From NCBI RefSeq assembly GCF_000143415.4, contig NW_003314381.1:298811-362810 (forward strand): a stretch of 64,000 nt of DNA, read 5' to 3'. Position numbers and translations under genes: made by a program. The notes under the pieces were generated by a model. It worked only from the letters and a program-made list of their open reading frames with translations. It was not told the origin of the DNA and searched no databases. Of the stretch, positions 13,083-23,515 are shown piece after piece; the stretch's first letter is position 1; every line of letters begins with the position of its first letter. Source of the DNA: Selaginella moellendorffii. Taxonomy: Eukaryota > Plantae > Lycopodiophyta.

Positions 13083-13257
13083 TGTGAGTGCATGGAATAT
13101 GGAAAAGGAATACAAAAATGTGCATATTAATTAGCCCAAAAACCCTAGCTTATATATAGGAGAGAGTGGTCCGGATTGAAACCAATCCGATGGCTACCAA
13201 AATCCCAGTACACTAATATTAGTATACGGCATCGTAGCCATACACTTGGCCCTCACA
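13083..13257 (-). repeat. 3' LTR of outer gypsy element
   Basis: Roughly 90% identical by eye (about 17 substitutions, mostly transitions, plus a 3-bp indel) to 49018-49189. Confidence 0.95.
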
Positions 13258-13289
13258 TCATCCCCTCCTCTCGGAATAATGGAAGACCA

Positions 13290-15103
13290 TTAGGGTTCTC
13301 TTGTAAATGGGCCGAGATCTGGAGGAACATCAGGAGGAGGCATTGGTAGATTTGTAGATGGTATTAACCGCTCCTGATCCCTTTGTATAAAGCATTTCAA
13401 CTGTTGCACATGCACAATCTCTAGAGGATCGGCCTACTGGACGTCATGCCGAACCTCATAAACTTGTGGTCCAACTTGTTGCAACACCCGATACGGTCCT
13501 TTCCACTGTGCAAGGAGCCCCTTAGATAAACCACATACTGTAAGATGGGGAAAATGGACTAACACCAAATCATCCACTTTGTACTCTGCAAATGGACGAT
13601 GATGGGAGTTGTAACGCCATTGTTGTCCCACTTGTACGCGGCCTAAGTGTCCGGCAAACTTCGCTCGGACAAGTGGAAGAATGCTTGTCAAATATTGATC
13701 CCATGACCTAGCATCCGCAGCTCGTGGCAATCGCGAAGGTAAACCCAGCTCCGTTGGTAATATTGGATCATGACCATATAGAAGTTTATATGGTGAAGCA
13801 CCAATAGAACTTTGCACCCCAGTGACATATGCATACCAAAGAGACGGCAAATAACCATCCCAATTCGAATGCTGAAAGTTCACATACTTCGCAATTATCC
13901 CCTTGAACGTCCGAATGAGCCGTTCCACCTGATAGTCTGATTGTGGATGATAAGCACTCATGAAAGTGTGGTGAATCCCCAATCAAGACATCAAAACATG
14001 AAATGCCTCAACTATAAATGCGGGACCATTATCCGAAAGAATCCACTCTGGACAAGAATGTTGAAACATCACTCGATTGAGGAGGAAGTATCCAATAGCA
14101 GTTGCAGAGGTGCTAACAAGAGCACCAACTTCCACCCAACGAGTCAAATAGTCAGAAGTAATAATAATATACTCTTTGCCAACAGTCAACCGTGGAAAAG
14201 GTCCCATAAGATCAAATGCCACCAACTCAAACGGACGGGAAACTGCAATTGACTCCAATCGTCCTTCCGCAGCTCGAGGGGGAGTATTACGAGCTTTGCA
14301 CCAAACGCAGCTACGCACATACCAGATAATATCACGTCGCATCTTTGGCTAATAGAAAGACTTGCATAGCTTCTCAATTACACAATGATGTCCCATATGC
14401 CCACATAGAACAGGAGAATCATGGTAGGCATGGAGAAATCGCAGAATAAAGATAGAAGGCACCACCAGCCGTAAATGATCATCAGGATCTGTCCCCACAA
14501 AATAAAGAAGGCCATCTTCAAGACGATATTGAGAATGTAAATGCCAGAAAGGCAAGTCATCAGCAAGTGATGCAGGATTCTTAATCCCATCTCGAAGCCT
14601 TCGAATCCATGGCTCAATCTTTTGAGCCTCACAAACCTCATCAAGCGAAGGTAGATCTTGCTCTGCACCTTGTGGACATTGAATGTCAAGTATAGCAACT
14701 GCCGATGGCACAGAATCCTCGTCTAGAAAATCCACAGATGCTGGAATAACAGGCTCGTCAGAAACATGGAAGAGAGTGAAGAAGGAAGAGGAGCTTGAGA
14801 AAGAGCATCAGTATCAGTCATAGAACTCCCTAGGCAATGAACAACATCAAAATCATATATCTGAAGCTTCAAAACCCACCGAGCAGTACGACCAACCAGG
14901 TTCTTCCGCTTTAATAACGAAGTAACAGTAGTATGGTCACCTTCAAGTAATGTCCGAGAACCATATAGATATGCATGAAGTTTCTCGAAACCCCAGACTG
15001 CTGCTAAACACTCCTTCTCTGTCGTGGAGTAGTTCATCTCCGCTAGTTGTAATGTACGGCTTATATATGCAATGGGATGGCACTGACCAGGCACACTCGA
15101 GCT
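13290..15103 (-). pseudogene. Outer gypsy pol: RNase H C-terminus and integrase (H2C2, DDE core, GPY/F), disrupted
   Basis: PIAYISRTL..NYSTTEKECLA; HDSP..GHMG..CVWC; DLMGP, SDNG, HPQSD..VER; WKGPYRV. No chromodomain seen. Confidence 0.92.
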
Positions 15104-15335
15104 TGTGAGACACAAAATCCCTAGGCCCCAAAGTGGAGCCAGAAGGGCGCCACATGGTAGTGGCCGAAGCGAGAGCCAAACGAGCGTAACACGTTTGGAC
15201 CAAAAGCTCCGACTTGAAAAGTCAAGAGCGGGAGTGGAACTCCCAACGAAGTGCTCGAGGAACGAGCACGAAGCGAGCAAAAGGCGAGGCTCCAAAAAGG
15301 GACCCAAAAGGACCAACACATGACACGTGGGAGTG

Positions 15336-15908
15336 TCCGAGATGGACTCGAGTTGGAGTCCGAAGTGGAGTCCGAGATGGACTCGAGATGGAGTCCGAGA
15401 TGGACTCGAGTTGGAGTCCGAAGTGGAGTCCGAGATGGACTCGAGATGGAGTCCGAGATGGACCCGAGATGGAGTCCGAGATGGAGTCCGAGGTGGACCC
15501 GAGATGGACCCGAAATGGAGTCCGAGATGGACCCGAGATGGAGTCCGAGATGGAGTCCGAGATGGAGTCCGAGATGGACCCGAGATGGAGTCCGAGATGG
15601 AGTCCGAGATGGACCCGAGATGGAGTCCGAGATGGAGTCCGAGATGGAGTCCGAGATGGACCCGAGATGGAGTCCGAGATGGACCCGAGATGGACCCGAG
15701 ATGGAGTCCGAGATGGAGTCCGAGATGGAGTCCGAGATGGAGTCCGAAGTCGAGACCGAGACCGGGACCGAGACCGGGACCGAGACCAAGACCGAGACCG
15801 AGATCGGGACCGAGACCGAGACCGAGGCCGAGGCCGAGACCGAGCCCGAGCCCGAGTCCGAGTCCGAATCCGAGTCCGAGTCCGAGTCCGAGTCCGAGTC
15901 CGAGTCCG
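15336..15908 (+). repeat. LTR VNTR: 12-mer CCGAGATGGAGT / 11-mer CCGAGATGGAC grading into 6-mer CCGAG(A/T); present in all eight E-family LTRs
   Basis: Directly visible. Other arrays at ~21238-21822, 23751-24352, 28353-28901, 33038-33856, 39193-39841, 42234-42752 and 45278-45906. Confidence 0.95.
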
Positions 15909-15999
15909 GAGCCTGAGAGGGTGAAAGCCCAAAGCGTTCGTCTCCCAGACCCTGGGGGGTTTGGTGAGCCCCAAAAGTATAGTAAGGGGGAGGACTGCA

Positions 16000-18900
16000 G
16001 TGGAGCCAGTTTGGCCAGGAAAGGCCAGTTTGGCCCAGGAAGGCCAGACCCAGTGTTGGGTGATGAGCTGCCCACTGGGAAGTCCAAGACTAGAGTGAAC
16101 ACAGACTGACAAGCGGGGTAGCTTGGTGAAGTGTTCAAGAGCCGGCTCTAGTTCCCCCGGGAGATCGACTGGCCGATGCTCCCAGTCCAAGTGTGGGTGG
16201 CACTACCTACTTGGATACCAGGCGTGGCTCAACGGAACCCGCTCTAAGCCCATGGCTAGAGCACCTAAAGGCGATAGGTGGGGAGAGTACCCAGGTGGCT
16301 CGCGTAAGGCCACGGTGTTCCGAAATGTTGTCCCAAAGGCCCAGACTGTGGAAAGGAAGAGGAGCAGTCCTCTGGGGTAGTGACCAAGGACACAGTCATG
16401 TGGTGAGGAAGTCCCAGAGGACCGTGGGACTTAGTGGTCGGGCCTGTGGGCCTCGATCCAGTGGCAGTGTTGGCAAACACGGCCAGGGGCAGAAAGGGAC
16501 TTGGTAGGAACTGACAAAGGGACTTTGGGGAAGGCAATTCCCCAGGTCTGTGGGCATCCTAAGGATGCTAAGGAGTGGATCTAGGATGACCACTCGTGGA
16601 CCCATGGCCCAGTCTTGGAGAGACGAGGTGGTGATGCAAGTGGTGTTGAACCACTAGTGCAGCAAAGGTGAATGGGCATGGCCTTAGCGTAACGGGCCGA
16701 GATGTCAGTGGTACCTTTGGGTGTCGGTCTCAGGACCGGACACGTGGAGCACTTGGACCAGGTGCAAGTGTGGAGTGGCATGGATGCCATTCTTGGGGCT
16801 AGCAAGTCCCAAGTCCTGAATTGGACTGATGGAGGTTGTGAATGAGACTCCTCCAAGTGGTCGGAGGTGTGGTTAAGTGACTAAAGTAGAATGGAAAATT
16901 TAGTCGGTTACAATTTGGTATCGGAGCTGTTCCTTAGTCCGACTTTTATTGGTGCTCAAGTATATCACCACTAGTGTTGGCATCGGAAGGTCCGAGGAGT
17001 GGGCCTATCCTTGAGGAGTAGCAAGTCGGGAAGACATGGCTCTCCATTACAGTTCATGTGTGAACTTGTAGACGAGGTGGTGGATAGAAAAGGGCCAATA
17101 ATGGAACGACTTTGGGATCTTGGGAACAGGGCAAGGTTTTCCTCATTGAGTTGAGGATGTGATCCGGATAAGCATTTGTCTCAGCAAATTGGCTAAGGTT
17201 GTTGTGGTAAACAACTAAAGTTGGGATCACGGGAAAGATAGAGACTCCAAAATAATAAAGGAGTCACAAGATTATCCTCATATAGTTGAGGTTGGTGCTC
17301 ATGAATGTGAGACCAAAGGTAATGACCGTGGAAGGTCAAATACGGAAGAGGACTCAAGTCCTTGAAATGGTAGCCGGGGCTACCTCTAATAAATGCTGGA
17401 ACAACCCAAGGAGTTGGGGGTGTATTAAGTGGATGAGTTGGTATTCTCATCACATGGACAAGTAGTCCTAAGGGGCAAAGGTTGCCCCCAGAGCACAAAA
17501 TCAAGTGTCGGAGTAACACTTGTGAAAATAGTCCTTTTGAGTAGGACCGGAATGCAAGATGTGTATTCCAGTGAGCTAGTGCCTCACAAGTAGGACCTTA
17601 CGGGTCGGTGGATTAACCAAGTCCAAAACTGCTAGACGACTCAAGTAGAGTCAAGGGATGGTCCTAAAAGGATTGATAGAAGCATTTGGACTGAGGTGCA
17701 TTGTACCCCACAAAGGATGGGGGGGGATCATAGGATCCAAGGATGAGAACAGAGAGTATCTCATCGATGGCAATGTGCCATGCTAAAGTTATGGGAAAGG
17801 TGTTCCCAGAAGAAAACAACTTTGACATAAAGTTGTGTGTGACCTCTATGGGGCAGTGCTAACAGATGGTTGGCATGAGAAAGAGCGGTGTTGGTCTTGG
17901 CGAAGACTTAGACACGAAGGGAAATGTCATAGAGGTAGGCTCGTGGAGCCGATGGTGTGGAGACACCAAATGTGCCAAGGTGTGATACCTTGAGGCTATG
18001 TTGGTGGGTTCATGAGAACCCCTTGCCAAAGGAATCCCAATGGAAATGGGAATGGCATAGCCTAAGCTGCAGAGCATGCAGTTGGAGTGTGGTGACCCAG
18101 ATAGTGATGGAGGTGTGAAAGCACCAAGCAATGAGTTGTAGGACTTGACAACTATGAGGCAACTAAGCAAGAGGTGCAAAATAACTGATTAAACGGGTAG
18201 AAGGTAGCTACCCAAGACTTCTAGTATAGGGAAGTCGGATATACCCTTACGGGGGATAAGTTTCTTATGTTGCGATATAGTAAGTCAATGTCATAAAAGG
18301 AAATACTCATTGTCAAGAAAGCCATCATTGGGACACCCGAACACTCTAGAACACCAGAAGGTGGTGTTTGATATCGCGAGGGCAATGGATAAAGCCCAAG
18401 GGACTAAGTCCCTAGCGAATGATGGATAGAAGGTGCTATCCAAATGTCCAAGGTTGCGGAGACAGGAGAGGACTGTCTACCCAAGTTGGACAAAGCCAAA
18501 AATGGAATTTTGGCAAGGCTAGTGATGGGCATGTAAAGGCCCATAAGCAACAAATGTAATCCCAGTGTGTGGGATTATAAGGTGAGCATACCCGGATTGA
18601 GGAACCACTCCCTGGGCTATTGGGTAGGTTCATCCCTAAGAATACTTGCTAAGGCATGACAGAAAGTGCAAAGCTATCCTCCTGGTCTGGAGGAGAATGA
18701 CCGAAGGAAAGGTGTGAAGCCAAAGGCAAGTAGTATTGGGATGGAACTAAACCATAGAAATCAAAGGACATATCCAACAGTGGTTATGAAAGTTGGGAGT
18801 GGAGAAGCAAGAGGGTGCTCGAGGATGTTGTTGCTAGCAACCGTGATGCCATGGAGAGTCTAAAATATGGAATTGTCCATGTTAGACTATATGGCAACTA

Positions 18901-21005
18901 TAAAGCTTGCGAAAGGGGAGGCCTTAGCAAGTTGAGGGACAGAGTTCCTTCAAGGTTCCCAAAGACGATTCTAGGTAGCGTAGTACCTAGAAAGGCCAAG
19001 TGTAAATGGTTCATGGAACGCGCGAAATCAGAGTGGCGCAGCAGAAGCGTGGTCTTGAAGCTTGCCATGAGGCAAGGTTATCAAGGTTAGGGAAGTAGTT
19101 CCCGAGTGTTCAAAGAGAGGGCTTTGAACGAAAGTCGATGGTCAAGGACTTTCACGCTTATGCAGGAACCATGTTACAATGGTCGGAGGACTTGCCAAGT
19201 GAGATTGGCACGTCGGGGGAACGAAGACCCTAGTTGAAGGTGATAACTTCAAAAAGGGTGGGCCATGGGGCCGAGCATGGAGGAGTCCATGCATGATCAC
19301 AGACATGTCAAGTGAGAGGACTTGGCAGTGTGGAGGAACTAGGTTCCTAAGCTGTGATCTGTAGCGCGCTTTAAAAATAAGTTGGTGCACCGGCGTGGGG
19401 AGTCACGCCAGGCATCTAGGGTGATGCCGTCCGTAGATGCATATACGGAGGTTGGGTTCGAGTCCCGACCCTCTAGTGCTTGGGTTCGAGTCCCAAATCA
19501 CTAGGGCGTGGTGATGGTTTGGAATATGAGGACACTCATATTTCGGTGGTCATGGACTCTCAGTGGGGAGACTGGTTTGGGCACACCGCCAAGCGAGGGA
19601 TGCCTCGGAGTCGTGATGCACGGTTAGATTGCTTAGTGTGAAAGCTCAGCATATCTAACTTGAACACTTTGGTGCAAGTGGCACCAAGGTCGTGGTGAGT
19701 GAGATGGGGACACCTAATCTCAGTTGCTATGAACCCTTGGCCATAAGGGCTAGCTTGGGTGCACCGCCAAGTGTGGGGGATGCCCCCGGGGTTATAGTCA
19801 ACAACTTGGAGGTCTAGAAAACCAAGTACCTCTTGGCAACTCTGTTAAGGTGCCAAGGTGAGATCACTAGGTGATCTTATGGCCAGAAAAGGACAAGGTC
19901 CTTGGTTGGCTAAGGAATGAAGTTCCTGGTTCAAAATGTTGAAATTGAACTGTTTAAGGTGGTGTGGCTTGGTCGTGATAACCAAGTGGGAAGAGCACCT
20001 AAGGGAAATAAACTATGTCCGTGCGATGGCATAGTGAGTCCGAGGAAAGTAGTCTCTATAAAAGACCCATGGGAGGGTCACGAAGTTGGGCCGTGGATAG
20101 AGCCCATAGCAGAAGATGCTAAAGAGACGTACTAGGGGTGAACGTCCTCCGGACTTGGCAAAGAAGAGTCTTTGCTATGGAACCGAAACAATACCTCAAG
20201 GAGGGAGGTAGAGATTCGATGTTGCTTGGTGCAACAATCAACGGATAGGAGCAAAAGATGAGTGGCCAAGATAGGGCCGTGGAATCCCTTGGAAGGAATC
20301 CAAGTGACAAAGTTAGGCGAGGAACACTAATGTGTTGGACGCTAACAAGTTGCGGGAAAGGAAGTGTGTTTCCAAGGAGGGATTCCGAAATGCTCCGATT
20401 TGGTGAAAGTGGAAGCTCCAAGGGAGGGAGCAGTAAGGTAGCCAAATGATAGGGCCATGAACAGCCCTAGCACAAAGTATGATAACTGGAACTTTGGCAC
20501 GAAATAAAAGAGAGGATGATGGTGCCCTCGAGTAGAGAACTTCCTAGGATGGGAAGTGGAGTTGCACAAAAGGTGCAAGGCAAGGTGTCGGAGACACCTA
20601 GGAAATTGACTCCAAGAAGTCAAAATTCAAAGTTCCCAAAGTGCAAAGGTTATATCGATGGAAATCGAGACTACTCGAGAAGGAGTAGTGGGACTGACTT
20701 AGAGAAGGGTCTCTAAGGGGTTTAGCGAGAACTGAACCAATAAAAAGGAGCAAACCACCCCAGGTGGTCAAGTGAGTCTCTAAGCTGGAGAGACTATCCT
20801 CCTTAGAGGATGGGCAAGGCATGGTGAGCCTTTGGTGTCGAACCATTGATGAATATGGAGAAGGCATGGTGAGCCTTCAATGTCAAACCATTGACAAATA
20901 TTGGCTAGGGGCCAAGGATGGAAATGGTAACACATGTGAGTGTTACTTTATAAAATGGTTTACCGTTCGATGAGGACATCGAACTTCGTCTATGGGTGGT
21001 GGAGT
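16000..21005 (+). ncRNA. Putative long structured RNA of E1 (R-U5 plus interior), tiled with short hairpins
   Basis: About 50 interior stem-loops found by eye, plus about 20 in the LTR downstream of the TATA-like motif. Loop-biased variation among E1-E4. Transcription not shown. Confidence 0.6.
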
Positions 21006-22825
21006 TGTGAGACACAAAATCCCTAGGCCCCAAAGTGGAGCCAGAAGGGCGCCACATGGTAGTGGCCGAAGCGAGAGCCAAACGAGCGTAACACGTTTGG
21101 ACCAAGAGCTCCGACTTGAAAAGTCAAGAGCGGGAGTGGAACTCCCAACGAAGTGCTCGAGGAACGAGCACGAAGCGAGCAAAAGGCGAGGCTCCAAAAA
21201 GGGACCCAAAAGGACCAACACATGACACGTGGGAGTGTCCGAGATGGACTCGAGTTGGAGTCCGAAGTGGAGTCCGAGATGGACTCGAGATGGAGTCCGA
21301 GATGGACTCGAGTTGGAGTCCGAAGTGGAGTCCGAGATGGACTCGAGATGGAGTCCGAGATGGACCCGAGATGGAGTCCGAGATGGAGTCCGAGGTGGAC
21401 CCGAGATGGACCCGAAATGGAGTCCGAGATGGAGTCCGAGATGGACCCGAGATGGAGTCCGAGATGGAGTCCGAGATGGAGTCCGAGATGGACCCGAGAT
21501 GGAGTCCGAGATGGAGTCCGAGATGGACCCGAGATGGAGTCCGAGATGGAGTCCGAGATGGAGTCCGAGATGGACCCGAGATGGAGTCCGAGATGGACCC
21601 GAGATGGACCCGAGATGGAGTCCGAGATGGAGTCCGAGATGGAGTCCGAGATGGAGTCCGAAGTCGAGACCGAGACCGGGACCGAGACCGGGACCGAGAC
21701 CAAGACCGAGACCGAGATCGGGACCGAGACCGAGACCGAGGCCGAGGCCGAGACCGAGCCCGAGCCCGAGTCCGAGTCCGAATCCGAGTCCGAGTCCGAG
21801 TCCGAGTCCGAGTCTGAGTCCGGAGCCTGAGAGGGTGAAAGCCCAAAGCGTTCGTCTCCCAGACCCTGGGGGGTTTGGTGAGCCCCAAAAGTATAGTAGG
21901 GGGAGGACTGCAGTGGAGCCAGTTTGGCCAGGAAAGGCCAGTTTGGCCCAGGAAGGCCAGACCCAGTGTTGGGTGATGAGCTGCCCACTGGGAAGTCCAA
22001 GACTAGAGTGAACACAGACCGACAAGCGGGGTAGCTTGGTGAAGTGTTCAAGAGCCGGCTCTAGTTCCCCCGGGAGATCGACTGGCCGATGCTCCCAGTC
22101 CAAGTGTGGGTGGCACTACCTACTTGGATACCAGGCGTGGCTCAACGGAACCCGCTCTAAGCCCATGGCTAGAGCACCTAAAGGCGATAGGTGGGGAGAG
22201 TACCCAGGTGGCTCGCGTAAGGCCACGGTGTTCCGAAATGTTGTCCCAAAGGCCCAGACTGTGGAAAGGAAGAGGAGCAGTCCTCTGGGGTAGTGACCAA
22301 GGACACAGTCATGTGGTGAGGAAGTCCCAGAGGACCGTGGGACTTAGTGGTCGGGCCTGTGGGCCTCGATCCAGTGGCAGTGTTGGCAAACACGGCCAGG
22401 GGCAGAAAGGGACTTGGTAGGAACTGACAAAGGGACTTTGGGGAAGGCAATTCCCCAGGTCTGTGGGCATCCTAAGGATGCTAAGGAGTGGATCTAGGAT
22501 GACCACTCGTGGACCCATGGCCCAGTCTTGGAGAGACGAGGTGGTGATGCAAGTGGTGTTGAACCACTAGTGCAGCAAAGGTGAATGGGCATGGCCTTAG
22601 CGTAACGGGCCGAGATGTCAGTGGTACCTTTGGGTGTCGGTCTCAGGACCGGACACGTGGAGCACTTGGACCAGGTGCAAGTGTGGAGTGGCATGGATGC
22701 CATTCTTGGGGCTAGCAAGTCCCAAGTCCTGAATTGGACTGATGGAGGTTGTGAATGAGACTCCTCCAAGTGGTCGGAGGTGTGGTTAAGTGACTAAAGT
22801 AGAATGGAAAATTTAGTCGGTTACA

Positions 22826-23515
22826 GAGCTCTTTTGCATTAACACACCTCCAAGACCAATGTCAAAAGCATCCACGTGCAAAATAAAAGGTCGAGTGTAG
22901 TCAGGATATGCCAAAACTAGAGGAGTTGTCAATAACTCTTTGAGATCCCCGAACGCTCGCTCACAATCCGGAGACCAGATGAAAGATGACGTTGATGACT
23001 TCAGCAACGCTCGCAATAGTGCAATGTGATCAGAAAGATGATCCACAAAATGCTCGAGATACTGCACCTTGCCCAAGAAGCGCTGCACATCATTCACACA
23101 CTTTAGAGTAGGGAACTTTAGAACAGCCACAAGTTTGTTAGGATCAACTTCCAAACCCTCACGAGAAATACAGTACCCAAGATAAGTTGTGTCCTTGGAT
23201 CCAAACACACACTTCGACCACTTCAACTTTAAACCAACGTCGCGTAGCCGATCCAACACTTTACAAACATCACGAACGTGCTCCTCCCACGTCCCCTCCG
23301 AGTGGATCAAGACATAATCAATGTAGTCAGCAGTCACCTCTGGCATATCGTAAAGAACCTCGCCCATCATCCGTTGAAAAGTTGCTGGAGCATTGTTCAA
23401 ACCAAATGGCATGACCAAGAACTCGTACAAACCAAATGGTGTACGAAAAATAGTCTTAGGAATATCTTCTTCGGCCATCGGTACTTGCCAGTACCCAGAA
23501 GCAAGATCTAGCTTG
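22826..23515 (-). pseudogene. Outer gypsy pol: RT core and RNase H start
   Basis: DLASGYWQVP..TPFGLYEFLVMPFGLNNAPATFQR; YIDY (YxDD mutated); FILHVDA..GLGGVLMQ. Confidence 0.95.

Larger units (their letters stand above)
15104..22825 (+). mobile_element. E1: non-autonomous LARD-like LTR retroelement inserted in the RNase H region of the outer element
   Basis: LTRs 15104-16912 and 21006-22825 (TG...CA, nearly identical). TSD GAGCT (15099-15103, 22826-22830). PBS TGGTATCGGAGC (16916-16927, tRNA-iMet type), PPT GGGTGGTGGAG before 21006. The 4.1-kb interior has no recognisable retroelement ORF. Confidence 0.95.

Noticed and set aside
15336-15908. CRISPR-like array
   Set aside because: No unique spacers, no cas genes, eukaryotic LTR context.
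14723-16190. Long ORFs in several frames across the LTR arrays (GLHLG, SDSI, RTPS, MESE repeats), repeated at all eight LTRs
   Set aside because: Produced by a stop-free tandem repeat; frames differ between copies. ORF 14723-16138 is a chance fusion of LTR and outer RNase H sequence.
16000-16912. Hammerhead ribozyme/retrozyme in the LTR (GGTGATGAG, CTGATGG)
   Set aside because: No complete CTGANGA..GAAA..NUH core found by eye, and the motifs vary among copies. An Infernal search would settle it.
19392-19480. Bona fide tRNA gene
   Set aside because: No 7-bp acceptor stem or convincing A-box; the 'anticodon' loop is 6 nt and hypervariable.
16913-21005. Short ORFs (60-108 aa) recurring in the E1-E4 interiors
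   Set aside because: They recur only because the DNA is repeated; no recognisable domains, and mostly broken in E2.
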